Below, one piece after another: positions 10,068 through 20,843 of a DNA stretch of 64,000 nt. The DNA is taken from positions 741,595 through 805,594 of the forward strand of contig OZ246416.1 in NCBI GenBank assembly GCA_965231095.1. Reading direction: 5' to 3'. The position numbers were made by a program, and so were the translations under genes. Position 1 is the stretch's first letter, and every line of letters begins with the position of its first letter. The notes beneath the pieces were generated by a model that did not search any database, was not told the origin of the DNA, and saw only the letters and a list, made by a program, of their open reading frames with translations. This DNA is from an uncultured Gammaproteobacteria bacterium. GTDB taxonomy: Bacteria; Patescibacteriota; Patescibacteriia; XYB2-FULL-38-15.

Positions 10068-10099
10068 AAAACCCGCCGATGAGGCGGGTTTTTGTTTTT
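10068..10099 (+). terminator. intrinsic terminator
   Basis: aacccgcc-gatg-aggcgggtt hairpin plus TTTTGTTTTT. Confidence 0.5.
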
Positions 10100-10104
10100 G
10101 ATGT

Positions 10105-11139
10105 CTATTCGGCAGTCTCAGTATTTTCCGCCACGGCCTCGGAGGCGTCCATAACTTTTTTTCTGATTTCCGCCATGAGTTTTGGGTTTTCTTTCAAAAA
10201 TCTCTTCGCTGTTTCTCGGCCGACGCCAAGTTTTGTTTCGCCGTAATTATAGGAATTTCCGCTTTTGTTTATTACCTTGTAAACCACGGAGGTATCAAGC
10301 AAATCGCCGGAAAGAGAAATTCCTTCGTTGTACATAATATCAAATTCACAAAATCTGAAAGGTGGGGCAACTTTATTTTTTACAATTTTTGCCTTAACGC
10401 GATTGCCAATAATTTGGTCACCCTGTTTGATTTGCGCCGCTCGCCGCACTTCTACGCGCACTGATGAGTAAAACTTTAGCGCGGTCCCGCCAGTTGTCGT
10501 TTCCGGATTGCCAAAAACAATCCCGATTTTATGCCGAATCTGATTGATAAAAATTAGGACAGTTTTTGTTTTAGAAATTATGCCAGTCAGCTTACGCAAA
10601 GCCTGAGACATCAATCTCGCTTGTAGCCCCATATGAGAGTCGCCCATCTCTCCCTCAATTTCCGCTTTCGGCACAAGCGCCGCAACCGAATCCACGACAA
10701 TGACGTCAACTCCGCCCGAGCGAACCAGCGTTTCCACAATTTCTAATGCTTGTTCTCCGGTGTCTGGCTGGGAAATTAAGAGCTCGTCGATGTTCACGCC
10801 AATTTTTGTCGCGTATTCCGGATCAAGGGCGTGTTCAGCATCAACAAAAGCCGCGATGCCTCCTACTTTTTGGAGCTCGGCGATAACATGCTGGGCTAAA
10901 GTGGTTTTGCCGCTGGCTTCCGGGCCAAAAATTTCAATAATTCTTCCTCGAGGCATCCCGCCAATTCCTAAAGCCAGGTCAAGGGAAAGGCATCCGGAGG
11001 GAACGGATTCAACTTCCATTTTTTTTGCTTCCCCCAATTTCATTATTGAACCGTCGCCAAATCTTTCTTTTATTTGGCTGATTGCTTCTTCCGCCGCCTT
11101 GAATTTTTCTAAATTTTTTTCTTTGTTTTCTTTGGTCAT
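10105..11139 (-). CDS. recA: recombinase RecA
   Basis: [11 protein letters not shown] Walker A, L1/L2 loops, full-length. Confidence 0.95.
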   Translation of the reverse strand: MTKENKEKNLEKFKAAEEAISQIKERFGDGSIMKLGEAKKMEVESVPSGCLSLDLALGIGGMPRGRIIEIFGPEASGKTTLAQHVIAELQKVGGIAAFVDAEHALDPEYATKIGVNIDELLISQPDTGEQALEIVETLVRSGGVDVIVVDSVAALVPKAEIEGEMGDSHMGLQARLMSQALRKLTGIISKTKTVLIFINQIRHKIGIVFGNPETTTGGTALKFYSSVRVEVRRAAQIKQGDQIIGNRVKAKIVKNKVAPPFRFCEFDIMYNEGISLSGDLLDTSVVYKVINKSGNSYNYGETKLGVGRETAKRFLKENPKLMAEIRKKVMDASEAVAENTETAE

Positions 11140-11159
11140 ATTTTTATGGTTTATTTAAA

Positions 11160-11819
11160 TTATTTTAAAATAACTTGCCGATAGATGATGTTTTCTCGAC
11201 TGCGTTTTTTGGCCGCAGAGACTTTAATAATATTTAAACCACTTTTGAGACTGATTACTTCATTAAAATTTCCCGCCGCGTCGGTTTGGATTGCCTGGTC
11301 ATTTATTTTAACATTTACTTCTTTTTCCGTGTAGCCGGCGATTGTGATTGTCGGGTTTTCGGTTGTTAAATTATTTTCCGGGGCGGAGAGAAAAAGGTCC
11401 GGCGGAGAAAAGATGTTATTTATTTCAAAACCAAGATAAGTAAGAAGGGCAAGGACAAAAAGGGCGGCAACGGCGATTTCAATTAGGCGGGGTGTAACCA
11501 AGAATTTTTTGGGAGAGATTTTTTGAAGAAAAGTATTTTTTCCCCCGCGCCCCTCCGCCAAATTTTCTTTTTCAAAAAGTTTTTTTAATCCGCCGAGATC
11601 TAAATTTAAAAAATCAGCATAGACTTCCAAAATTTTTTCAGAATAAACTCCGCCGGGAAGATTTACATAATCTCCCTCCTCAAGAGCGGCCAGCTGCTTC
11701 GCGTGAATATGAGTTTTGTCCGCCGCTTCCCGGAGAGTGAGATTTTGTTCCCGACGGGTTAGAGAAAGAATTTCACCAACAGATTTATTTTTTATTTGAG
11801 TAGTGGAAAATTTATACAT
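11160..11819 (-). CDS. RodZ-like membrane protein with N-terminal XRE-type HTH
   Basis: HTH (LTLREAADKTHIHAKQLAALEEGD), one TM, and an extracytoplasmic C-terminal domain. Start at MYKF. Confidence 0.5.
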   Translation of the reverse strand: MYKFSTTQIKNKSVGEILSLTRREQNLTLREAADKTHIHAKQLAALEEGDYVNLPGGVYSEKILEVYADFLNLDLGGLKKLFEKENLAEGRGGKNTFLQKISPKKFLVTPRLIEIAVAALFVLALLTYLGFEINNIFSPPDLFLSAPENNLTTENPTITIAGYTEKEVNVKINDQAIQTDAAGNFNEVISLKSGLNIIKVSAAKKRSRENIIYRQVILK

Positions 11820-14031
11820 TTTCTTCGGAGTCCTCTTCCTCCGGAGGGTCATCGCTAAAATTATTTTGTTGCGGAGTAGGCACCCCGGCGATTAAAATAT
11901 CGCGCGGTTTCGCGCCGTCTGACGGGCCGATTATTCCTTGTTCTTCCATAAGGTCAAGAAGCCGCGCGGCTCTGGCGTAGCCAACTTTTAACCGGCGCTG
12001 AAGGAGAGAAGCGGAAGCCTTGCCGGCCTGGACAATTACTTCTTTGGCGTCGGAAAGCAACTCGTCGTCAGAGTCATTCCCCAGGTCAAGGCCGGGGACA
12101 GAAATACCAAAGGCCGGCTTTTGCGTAACTTCTTCAAGGTATTCCGGGTCACCTTCATTTTTTAAACAATCAATAACTTTTTTAATTTCATGATCGCGAA
12201 CGAGCGCGCCTTGCAGCCGTTTTGGTTTACCAAGATCCGGGCAGGTGTAAAGCATGTCGCCGCGGCCAAGAAGTTTTTCCGCGCCGGAAGTGTCCAAGAT
12301 TGTTCGCGAATCCATATTGGAAGCCACGGCGAAAGCAATGCGCGTCGTGATATTGGCTTTAATCAAACCGGTGATGATATTAACCGACGGCCGCTGCGTT
12401 GCCAAAATTAAATGAATGCCGACAGCGCGCGCCATTTGTGCCAAACGAATAATCGCGGCCTCAACTTCCGCGGCAGCTACGGCCATCAAGTCAGCCAATT
12501 CATCAATAATTAAAACAAGATACGGCATCTTTTCGCCGGTCTCGCTATTGAAAGCTCCGATGTCGCGTTTGCCGTGTTTGGATAATAATTCAAAGCGGCG
12601 ATCCATTTCTCCGATTACCCATTTTAGGGCGTTTACGGTTTTGACTGTGTCGGTAATAACCGGCGTTAAAAGGTGCGGGATACCATTATAAACCGTAAAT
12701 TCCACACGTTTTGGATCAACCATAATTAAGCGCAAATCATCCGGGCTGTTTTGATAAAGTAAACTGATAATCACGGCGTTTAAGCAGACGCTTTTACCGG
12801 AACCGGTTGAGCCGGCAACTAATAAGTGGGGCATTTTTCCCAAATCAGAAACCCAAACTTTTCCGGAAACATCTTTCCCGAGCGCGACCGTAAGATTTGT
12901 TTTTCTTTGTTTAAATTCTTGCGCCCGCAAAATTTCTTTCAGATTAACCGCCGCAACTTTTTGGTTTGGCACTTCAATGCCAACTAAAGATTTTCCCGGA
13001 ATCGGTGCTTCAATTCTGATCGGATGGGCGGCGAGAGCCAAAGACAAATCATTATGAAGATTTGTAATTTTGGAAAGCTTTACGCCGTCGGCCGGTTTTA
13101 AAGTATATTGCGTCACCGTCGGCCCAACGGAAACGTCGCTCATCTCCACCATAATACCAAAATTCTCCAAAGTTTTTTGGATAATATTCATCTGGGTTTT
13201 TATGTCGCCGCTTGTCGGTTTTTCCGATTGGTCGTCCAGGAGATCAAGAGGCAAATCAATTTTTTTCCGCTCGGTCTTAACAACGATCGGGCTCCCTCCC
13301 GGCAAGAGTCCCGCCTCCGCTTCGCTTGGCACACTTTTATTTTCAAAAGAGGGAGTTGTTGCGGCTGGTGTTTCCGGTAATTCTTTGACGGGTTCATTCC
13401 CTTCTTCAGCGGGAGCTTCTTCTTGTGCTTTTCCGCTAAATTTCATACCCAAAAAGAAGAGCTTAATATTTTGATAAATTTTTTTCCAGAAGTTTCCTTT
13501 TTCAGCGATAGTGTGGAGAGAAGTATTAAAAGTTAAAAGGATTGAAGAAATAAAAATGGCAAAAATAATTAGAATAGTGGCGACCTGTCCCAAAGAAATC
13601 AAAAGAGGATAAGAAAGAATTAATCCCAAATAACCACCGCCGCTCCGAAGGCTGGCAAAAGAAAACGGGTCATCATAGGAAAATCCAAGATGGAGGAGGC
13701 TTTCGATGGAGAGAATTAAAAAGAAAAGTCCGACGTAATTTGACGCGCCAAGTTCGTATTTCTCTCCGTTTAAAATAATATATCCCAGAGCGAGAAAAAC
13801 GATTGGAATCACAAAGCGGCCCAAACCGAAAAAGGAAGACAGAGTGTTATCCAAGTGCTCTCCGGCGCCGCCGGCCAAATTGAAAAGACTTAAAATGCTG
13901 ATTCCGGCCAGGGCGAAAAGAAAAATGATTACAATTCCCCGTTTTGTGTCGGGATTGATTTTTCCGTTACTTCTCCGGCCATTTTTTCTTCCCTCATTTT
14001 TTTCTTCTTTTGAGTATTTTATTTTTGGCAT
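11812..14031 (-). CDS. ftsK: DNA translocase FtsK
   Basis: N-terminal TM segments, linker, motor domain with VAGSTGSGKS Walker A, and C-terminal gamma-domain-like region. Confidence 0.9.
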   Translation of the reverse strand: MPKIKYSKEEKNEGRKNGRRSNGKINPDTKRGIVIIFLFALAGISILSLFNLAGGAGEHLDNTLSSFFGLGRFVIPIVFLALGYIILNGEKYELGASNYVGLFFLILSIESLLHLGFSYDDPFSFASLRSGGGYLGLILSYPLLISLGQVATILIIFAIFISSILLTFNTSLHTIAEKGNFWKKIYQNIKLFFLGMKFSGKAQEEAPAEEGNEPVKELPETPAATTPSFENKSVPSEAEAGLLPGGSPIVVKTERKKIDLPLDLLDDQSEKPTSGDIKTQMNIIQKTLENFGIMVEMSDVSVGPTVTQYTLKPADGVKLSKITNLHNDLSLALAAHPIRIEAPIPGKSLVGIEVPNQKVAAVNLKEILRAQEFKQRKTNLTVALGKDVSGKVWVSDLGKMPHLLVAGSTGSGKSVCLNAVIISLLYQNSPDDLRLIMVDPKRVEFTVYNGIPHLLTPVITDTVKTVNALKWVIGEMDRRFELLSKHGKRDIGAFNSETGEKMPYLVLIIDELADLMAVAAAEVEAAIIRLAQMARAVGIHLILATQRPSVNIITGLIKANITTRIAFAVASNMDSRTILDTSGAEKLLGRGDMLYTCPDLGKPKRLQGALVRDHEIKKVIDCLKNEGDPEYLEEVTQKPAFGISVPGLDLGNDSDDELLSDAKEVIVQAGKASASLLQRRLKVGYARAARLLDLMEEQGIIGPSDGAKPRDILIAGVPTPQQNNFSDDPPEEEDSEENV

Positions 14032-14148
14032 ACCCCCTAAATAAATGATAATTTGTTCTTAAATTATAGTATTATTTAGGTAAAAAGTAAATCCCCACGC
14101 CGATATGTTGGTGTGGGGATAAATCCCGATCGTCAAGGTCTTGACAAG

Positions 14149-14183
14149 GGGAAAAATTTCCTTTAAAGTAACAAAAAATAGCA
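14149..14183 (+). promoter_or_regulatory. sigma70-like promoter, TTGACA-17-TAAAGT
   Basis: ggtcTTGACAaggggaaaaatttccttTAAAGT, in a 430-bp gap between two minus-strand genes. Confidence 0.35.
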
Positions 14184-14189
14184 GAGAAA

Positions 14190-14340
14190 GAACTGGAGGC
14201 AGTGAGCTTGGCTTAGTCTCGCAAAACTGCGGGACGCCAGACTCGGGATTGGTTAAAGTGAAAAATTGAGTGTGCACCCGATTTTTACTATTCCAATCCT
14301 TCCCGACCCCCATTTCTCTTTCTGCTATTTTTCGTTTAAT
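14190..14340 (+). ncRNA. candidate small structured RNA (5-prime and 3-prime ends pair; 6S-like long imperfect hairpin)
   Basis: 5-prime aatagcagagaaag pairs with 3-prime ctctttctgctatt followed by TTTTTCGTTT. Internal complementary segments ctcgggattgg/ccaatccttcccg. Confidence 0.3.
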
Positions 14341-14459
14341 GTTAGCATTTTTTAAGTACTAACATCTAATCATACCATAAAATTATAATTTTGTCAATAC
14401 TCATTGACAAAACCGCCCGGGAAGGCGGTTTTTGGTTTGTTTTAGATTTAATTTTTCTG

Positions 14460-16076
14460 TTATTGATTTTTTACTCTATAAATTGTCACTTCGCTATTTT
14501 GATAAACATTTTCCAGGTATTTATCGTCATTTGGATCAAAGTTGGCCGCGGATTTTTCTTCGGGCCCGAAAAAGAGGTAACTAATATTATGGAGTTTTAA
14601 AAAAGCAAACCTTTCTTCGGTGCGGAAGCTATGGAAAAATTTTTCCAGCCACCCGGCTTTTGTTGCCTGGTCGGCGGTTAGACTCCACTGGCCGGCATAA
14701 ACCGGCCGTAAAGAAATAGCCGGGATGAGATTGCCATTCGCCATGGAGGCCAAGACAACGTTTTCTTCGATTGATTTATTTTTTAACCAGGTCATTGCTT
14801 CGTTTTTATTTTTTGATAAATAGGCTGAATAAATTTGGGGAGGAGCGGAATAGTAAATCAAGTCGTCAATAATTAAGAAATAATTAGAAAGGCCAAAAAT
14901 AATAAAAACAAACCATAGTAAAATTTTTCGTTTATCAAAGTTTTTCTTAAAAATAGCGCTAGTGTCCATTAAATAAAATAAACCAATCGCCGCGAGTAGC
15001 GCCATTATAATTTGTAGCCCAGCCGTCATCCGGCGTTGAAAATTAACCGGAGCATAGATTAAAGTTATTTGGGCGAAAAACCAAGCGAGAAGAAAAAGTG
15101 ATTTTTCGGTTTTTTCTTTTTTAAGAAGAATATAAGCGCCAAAGCCGGCTGAAAGAAAAAGAAAGCCGTAACTTAATAATGTGATGCCAAGAGCGGGGGT
15201 GAGGCAGATGTTTTGCAGAGCAAACTGCTGGCGGGTCCAAAAATTTTTCAAAGTCCAGAGATGATAGATAATTGCCGGAAGGGAAAGCATCAATAAAATA
15301 AAATAGTGCTTCAAAACGTCCCAGCGGATTTTTTTATTTTTCAGACATAAAAATAGAAAGTATAATGTTAAAATTCCGGCGATGGTGGGCGCGTTGTATG
15401 GATGAAATTGAAAAAGAAAAAGTGTGGTAAGCCCGGCACTAAAACTATAATTTTTTTTATTTTTTTCAATTGCAAGAAGCGTCAAAAATAAAGTCGCGAT
15501 AAAAAGCGTGAGTGAAGCGATAAAATGCGGAGAATTATAGATTGTGGAAAAAGTAAAAGCTTCGGGAACCCAGAGGTCCATGGGTAAGGTTGAAGGGGCG
15601 GTAGAAAATAAATTAGAGATAAGCCAAACTACCCATCCGAAGCCCGAAGCAAAAATTAAAAAAAGAAAAGTTATTTTTCTTTTTTTCTCTTCTGTGAAAA
15701 AGTGGGAAATAAAAATATAGGAAACAGCCAAAAAAATTGGGATTAAAAATATTCTCGCGAGTTGGTAGACAACGGGCGCCGAGAGGGAAAATGATTTGGC
15801 GAAAAGACCGACGCCGAGCCAAAATGGATCAAAAATAAATCGTCCTTCGTCCTCGGAAGTATATAAATTTTTAAAAAGAAAATGCCCTTCTTTTGTTTGT
15901 TCAATCCAGGAGTAATAGACAGGAGTATCTATGTGGTCAACAAATTGTAAGCCGAGAAAAACGCTATCGTCGGGGGTAGAAAAAAATCCGAACAATATCG
16001 GGAGAGAGACGACGACAATTAACAGTAAACCCACTAATCCGACAAATTTCCATTCCTTAAAATTAATTTCGGGCAT
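14460..16076 (-). CDS. GT-C fold membrane glycosyltransferase (ArnT/PMT-like)
   Basis: More than 12 TM helices. It is the last gene of the operon with the GT2 and second GT-C genes. Confidence 0.5.
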   Translation of the reverse strand: MPEINFKEWKFVGLVGLLLIVVVSLPILFGFFSTPDDSVFLGLQFVDHIDTPVYYSWIEQTKEGHFLFKNLYTSEDEGRFIFDPFWLGVGLFAKSFSLSAPVVYQLARIFLIPIFLAVSYIFISHFFTEEKKRKITFLFLIFASGFGWVVWLISNLFSTAPSTLPMDLWVPEAFTFSTIYNSPHFIASLTLFIATLFLTLLAIEKNKKNYSFSAGLTTLFLFQFHPYNAPTIAGILTLYFLFLCLKNKKIRWDVLKHYFILLMLSLPAIIYHLWTLKNFWTRQQFALQNICLTPALGITLLSYGFLFLSAGFGAYILLKKEKTEKSLFLLAWFFAQITLIYAPVNFQRRMTAGLQIIMALLAAIGLFYLMDTSAIFKKNFDKRKILLWFVFIIFGLSNYFLIIDDLIYYSAPPQIYSAYLSKNKNEAMTWLKNKSIEENVVLASMANGNLIPAISLRPVYAGQWSLTADQATKAGWLEKFFHSFRTEERFAFLKLHNISYLFFGPEEKSAANFDPNDDKYLENVYQNSEVTIYRVKNQ

Positions 16077-16782
16077 GGGATTTTTTTAGGCGCCAAATTT
16101 CTTTTAAATATCCAAGAGAAACTTTTAGAAAACTCACTCGGCTCCTACGGCCGATTTTTTTGTGTTCAGTCCAAATGACGGGGATTTCTTTCACGCGATA
16201 ATTTTGTTTTTCCGCCAACACTATCATTTCCGTGTCAAAAAACCATTCATTATTTTTTATTTGCGGCAGAATATTTTTAATGACTTTATAATTCACGGCT
16301 TTAAAACCGCAGGGTGCGTCTTTTATTTTTGAGCGCAGAGCCAGACGTAAAATAAAGCGGTATGCCCGAGAAATAAATTTTCGGAGTAATGATCTTTTAA
16401 CTTTAGAATCTTTGTGAAAACGCGCGCCGGCGGCGAGGTCGTAATTTTCCCGGCCAATCGCAGAAATTAAATCGGGCAAAGTAGAAAGATCGGTCGCTAA
16501 ATCCGCGTCCATAAAAACGTAAATGTCGGAGTTAACACTTTCCCAGGCGGCGCGGATGGCGCGGCCTTTTCCTTTTTGAGGAATATGTAAATATTTTATT
16601 CCCCCCAAACTTTTTTCCAGATCTTGTCCGATTTTTCCGGTTTGGTCAATGGAATTATTGTCGGCAATAATAATTTGCCAATCGTCAAAGATATTTTTTT
16701 TTAAGAAATCATAAAGTTTTATGGCGTTCTCCGCTAAAATTGATTCTTCGTTATAAACTGGAATGGCAATTAAAATTCTCAT
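16063..16782 (-). CDS. family 2 glycosyltransferase (polyprenyl-phosphate sugar synthase, DPM1/GtrB-like)
   Basis: IPVYNEE, ADNNSID, DAD motifs of GT2. Confidence 0.85.
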   Translation of the reverse strand: MRILIAIPVYNEESILAENAIKLYDFLKKNIFDDWQIIIADNNSIDQTGKIGQDLEKSLGGIKYLHIPQKGKGRAIRAAWESVNSDIYVFMDADLATDLSTLPDLISAIGRENYDLAAGARFHKDSKVKRSLLRKFISRAYRFILRLALRSKIKDAPCGFKAVNYKVIKNILPQIKNNEWFFDTEMIVLAEKQNYRVKEIPVIWTEHKKIGRRSRVSFLKVSLGYLKEIWRLKKSHARN

Positions 16783-18425
16783 TATGGTATTAGTTTATAA
16801 ACTTTTCCCTCGTCATCTTTATAAACCATTGTAAAATGCCCGTCGCTTTTTAAATTATTTTCCAAGGCAACGTGATCTTTATCCACAAAAACATATTCGG
16901 AATGAAAATCATTTTTTACAATTTCGGAAATGTTCGGGCGTCGGCCGGTCGTAATATCAACCCAAACTTTATGCAGGTCTTTATCATAATCATACATAAA
17001 GGTTGGGTCAAGGCCGGCAATATAATAATTATGAGTATTATAATAGAAAAGCGCGGGAAAATCATCCCAGTCATTATGGAAAATAATTGCTCCTTCTGGG
17101 GTATTATTTTTTAACCATTCAGCCACGCCGCGGTATTTATAAATTGATCCACCAGAAAGATAAAGTTGTTTTATTGACCAAATATTTCTTCCAGCCGTAA
17201 AAGGTGTCATAAACAAAATATAAATAATAGCAAGACTCGAAAGAATTTTTCTTTTCTGCCGCCAAGCATTAATCGCAGGCAGATATTTTTTTATTAAAGA
17301 AAGGGGCTGGCTCAAAATAAAAGCGGAGGCAAGAGTAGCAAAGGGAATAAAGTATTCAACATTACGGCGGGAGCGTAAAGTTAGGGCGAGAAAAAAAAGT
17401 GCAAGAAAGGTAAGGGTAAGGGTCTTAACTTTCATTTCAGGATTTATTACAGAAGATTTTTCATGACTCGTAAAATTTTTAAGAAAATTTACAAAAACTA
17501 CGGCAAAAGAAAGAATCAGCAAAATAAAAATAAAAGAAGAGTTGGCGATAAGGTCGCCCAAACCGTACGGATACCACTCGGCTCCTACGCCGATTTTATT
17601 TTGGTAATTAATGACGGCGATTTTGATAATTTGCTGCCAATAAAAAGATAAATTTTTTGGAAAAAAGGGATTAATAATGAGACCGGCTAAAAGTCCTCCG
17701 AAACAGGCCGTGAAAAGTTTGATGTTGTCTTTTAAAAAAATATTCTTAAATAAATTTACAATTTCCAATTTCCAATTTTCAATCAATTCAATAATTTTGA
17801 CTTTTGACTTTTGACTTTTGACTTTCTGGCTATGGAAGAAAAGCGTTTTAATAAGTGAATCGCTAAAAATATAAAAAATTGTCAGTACTAAAATTAATGG
17901 CCAACCGCCGTAAGTCCAGACATAAATAAATGAAAGAACAAAAAGCGGCCAAAGTTTTCGGTGGAAAATAAAATAAAGTCCAAAGAGTAAAATGATGAGC
18001 GAAAGCGAAGAGGCTTTGGCCAGGTTTATCCTGAAAATAAGCGGGCTTGAAACGAGGAGAATCAGGGAATAAAAAATTGCGCCTTTGACGCGGAATTTTT
18101 TAAGAAACCAGTAAAAAGTTAAAATTAGGGCCGCGGCGGAAAGGGCGGTAAAAAGTTTTATCCCAACTAATGGATCAAAAAAAGTGACGAAAGGAACGAG
18201 GGTGGCGTGGTAGAGAAAATGGTGGTCGGCGAAATTATCTTTTAAAACGGTAAATTGCAGCCAAGGAAATTCCGTAGTGACTCCTTGGTCGCGAATTAAG
18301 ACTGCCATCTTCGCGTGGTAAAAAGAATCGGGGTCGGGGAAAGTCGGAGAAATTTGAAAGTACGAAAAAAGAGAAAACGCGACGATGAAAAGCAAAAGAT
18401 ATTTTAACAATTCTGTTTTTTTCAT
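16782..18425 (-). CDS. GT-C fold membrane glycosyltransferase with extracytoplasmic C-terminal domain
   Basis: Polytopic N-terminal region and a soluble C-terminal roughly 120 aa. Contains an in-frame TTTTGAC x4 repeat. Confidence 0.5.
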   Translation of the reverse strand: MKKTELLKYLLLFIVAFSLFSYFQISPTFPDPDSFYHAKMAVLIRDQGVTTEFPWLQFTVLKDNFADHHFLYHATLVPFVTFFDPLVGIKLFTALSAAALILTFYWFLKKFRVKGAIFYSLILLVSSPLIFRINLAKASSLSLIILLFGLYFIFHRKLWPLFVLSFIYVWTYGGWPLILVLTIFYIFSDSLIKTLFFHSQKVKSQKSKVKIIELIENWKLEIVNLFKNIFLKDNIKLFTACFGGLLAGLIINPFFPKNLSFYWQQIIKIAVINYQNKIGVGAEWYPYGLGDLIANSSFIFILLILSFAVVFVNFLKNFTSHEKSSVINPEMKVKTLTLTFLALFFLALTLRSRRNVEYFIPFATLASAFILSQPLSLIKKYLPAINAWRQKRKILSSLAIIYILFMTPFTAGRNIWSIKQLYLSGGSIYKYRGVAEWLKNNTPEGAIIFHNDWDDFPALFYYNTHNYYIAGLDPTFMYDYDKDLHKVWVDITTGRRPNISEIVKNDFHSEYVFVDKDHVALENNLKSDGHFTMVYKDDEGKVYKLIP

Positions 18426-18457
18426 CGGTCAGTTTCCTCCTTTAAAATCTTTTATGT

Positions 18458-19480
18458 TTAGCCGAGTTGTTTTTTAAAAAAATCAACCCAGGGGACGGGG
18501 GAGGGATCTAAATTATAATCCATTGCCAGATAAAAACTGGCGTAATTGCCGAAGAGTAAGGTTTCTATTGATTGCTGGAATTTTGTTTTGGTTTTGGGCC
18601 GGTATTCAATAAAATCAATTTTATTCTTTCGCAAAACTTCTTTTAAAATTTGATATCTTTTTTGGTTTCGCGGATGGTAAAGGTTGGAATTTATAAGAAT
18701 GAATTTTAAATTTTTATTGGCGGCCGGATTTTTCAGGCCCTCCATCAAATGGTGGTTTAATTCAGGAAGTTCAAAGTAAGTCGCGAAACATTTAGCGTTT
18801 TCATTGATTTGATTTGTAAACACATGAGCGTTGCCAATCAAAAATTCCGAAGCAACGATGACAGGGATTTTATTTTTTAATTCTTCCGCGAAAGTTTTGG
18901 CCGTGCCGTCTTCGTGATTTAGGAGAATAATGGCTTGATTAATTTCTTTCTCTTCAATTTTCAAGAGGCCGCACTTTGCCAGGAGGCCGAGTTGTCCGAA
19001 GATCGAATATCCCAGACCCATGCGAGGCTGGTTTGACGGATTATAAGTTGGTTTGAAAATATAGGCTGGGTATTTGTTGTCGCGCAAAAATTTTTCCAAC
19101 TTTCCGCCAGCAGCCAGGCCTAAAATTCTCGCTTTTCTTTTTTTACCTTCAGTGGCAGCGGCTAAAGTTTCTTCCGTGTTGCCCGAGTAACTGGAAAGAA
19201 TCAGAAGGGTTTTTGGCCCGACATAAGCGGGCAGAGTATAGCCTCGAACAATTTCCACAGGCAGCTTTAATTTATCAGCGAAAAGAAATTGGATAAAATG
19301 TCCGCCCAGGGCCGAGCCGCCCATTCCGGAAACGACAATATTTTCCACGCCGCGGTAACTGGCAGGAATTTTTATTTTTTTAACGTCTCGCCACGCCTCG
19401 GCGCATTGTTTACCCAAAAGTTTAATTGACCCGAGGAGATTTGATTTGTCTAATTTTTTGATTTGTTGTTGGGAAATCAT
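18458..19480 (-). CDS. bifunctional phosphoglucose/phosphomannose isomerase (SIS domain, archaeal type)
   Basis: VSGMGGSALGG and SYSGNTEE SIS motifs. Confidence 0.8.
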   Translation of the reverse strand: MISQQQIKKLDKSNLLGSIKLLGKQCAEAWRDVKKIKIPASYRGVENIVVSGMGGSALGGHFIQFLFADKLKLPVEIVRGYTLPAYVGPKTLLILSSYSGNTEETLAAATEGKKRKARILGLAAGGKLEKFLRDNKYPAYIFKPTYNPSNQPRMGLGYSIFGQLGLLAKCGLLKIEEKEINQAIILLNHEDGTAKTFAEELKNKIPVIVASEFLIGNAHVFTNQINENAKCFATYFELPELNHHLMEGLKNPAANKNLKFILINSNLYHPRNQKRYQILKEVLRKNKIDFIEYRPKTKTKFQQSIETLLFGNYASFYLAMDYNLDPSPVPWVDFFKKQLG

Positions 19481-19573
19481 GTTTGCAAAGTCATTATTTA
19501 TTTATCTATTTTAACACTTTTATGACAAATAAAAAAGCCCGGCCGGACGGCTGGGCAAAAATGCGGCGTTTGG

Positions 19574-20839
19574 TTATTTATTAAGTAATTTTTTTCGCCG
19601 GAGAAGCTTATGATACCTAATGGCAAAACGGTGGGCTTCGTCGCGGACGTGGAGAAAAATATCTTTGTGCAATTCGGCGACGCGAATGAGTTCCGGATTT
19701 TGAGGATCAACGAGCAGGCGATCTTGTTTTCGATCAAAACCCTTGGCGACGCCGAGCACGGGGATTTTTATTTTTTTCTCGTCTAAAATTTTTTGCACGG
19801 CATTGATTTGTCCCCAGCCGCCGTCGACGAGAATTAAATTTGGAAGTGACCAATTGGAGTGCACCAGTCGGCGCGTCATTATTTCTTTCATCATGCCGAC
19901 GTCATTCGGTGTAGTAAGGGTTTTGATGCGGAATTTTCTATATTCATTTTTAGCTGGTTTGCCTTCGTTAAAAACAACCATACTGCCCGTGGCGGAGGTG
20001 CCGCTGATATTTGAAATATCATAACCCTCAATCCGGCCAAAAATATTAATGTTTTTCTTTTCGCTGTTAACCGTTAATTGTTTACTGTCAACTGTTAATA
20101 CTGCGACGTCTTGAATATGCTCCAAGGAAAAAATTTGGTTGCGGAGCCGCGCCGCTGTTTCAAAATCTTCCTCGCGGCTGGCGGCAGTCATTTCTTTTTT
20201 TAAATTTTTTATAATTTTTTCTTTTTTCCCTTCGAAAAACAAAATCAAATTGCGAATCAAGCGGCGATAATCTTTTTGTGAAATTAAATCAGCGCAAGGT
20301 GCCGGACATTGTTTTAGATGATAATGCAAACACGGCCGTTTCGGCGTTGAGACGCAATCGCGGAAAGGGAAAATTCTCCGGCGTAAAATATCCAGCGCGG
20401 CGCGGAGCGATGAAGCGCTTGTGTATGGTCCGAAAAGCTTGATAATCTGTTTTTTTTCTTTCGGTGTCATCCGTTTTAATTCCAAACCGCGTAGCAAAAA
20501 GATTCTCGGAAATTTTTCGCGCGTGAAAGCCACATAAAGGAATGACCTGTCATCTTTTTCTTTAACATTATATTTTGGTAGATATTTTTTTATGAGATTG
20601 GCTTCTAAAATAAGCGCTTCAATCACGGTGGGAGTTTTTTTATAATCAATGTCAGAAATTTCCGTGACCAAGTTTTCCAGGCGTCGGTCGTGGGGCCGCG
20701 TAAAATAACTTCCGACGCGATCGCGGAGCGAAGTGGCTTTCCCGACATAAATAATTTTACCCGCGGCGTTTTTCATTAAATATACGCCCGGGGTTTTGGG
20801 AAATTTTTTAATTTTATTTTTTATCAGCATTTGATTCAT
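19574..20839 (-). CDS. uvrC: excinuclease ABC subunit C, compact form lacking C-terminal HhH domain
   Basis: GIY-YIG N-terminus (PGVYLMKN...IIYVGKATSLRDRV), Cys-rich region, and RNase H-like domain ending ...DEAHRFAIRYH. Confidence 0.85.
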   Translation of the reverse strand: MNQMLIKNKIKKFPKTPGVYLMKNAAGKIIYVGKATSLRDRVGSYFTRPHDRRLENLVTEISDIDYKKTPTVIEALILEANLIKKYLPKYNVKEKDDRSFLYVAFTREKFPRIFLLRGLELKRMTPKEKKQIIKLFGPYTSASSLRAALDILRRRIFPFRDCVSTPKRPCLHYHLKQCPAPCADLISQKDYRRLIRNLILFFEGKKEKIIKNLKKEMTAASREEDFETAARLRNQIFSLEHIQDVAVLTVDSKQLTVNSEKKNINIFGRIEGYDISNISGTSATGSMVVFNEGKPAKNEYRKFRIKTLTTPNDVGMMKEIMTRRLVHSNWSLPNLILVDGGWGQINAVQKILDEKKIKIPVLGVAKGFDRKQDRLLVDPQNPELIRVAELHKDIFLHVRDEAHRFAIRYHKLLRRKKLLNK

Positions 20840-20843
20840 ACGG

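Noticed and set aside
14059-14313. 84-aa ORF on the minus strand in the ftsK-glycosyltransferase gap
   Set aside because: No RBS, a low-complexity translation, and it overlaps the better-supported promoter-plus-hairpin RNA candidate on the plus strand.
19498-19737. 79-aa ORF overlapping the uvrC 3-prime end
   Set aside because: It sits out of frame within the uvrC C-terminus and its terminator region. No independent support.
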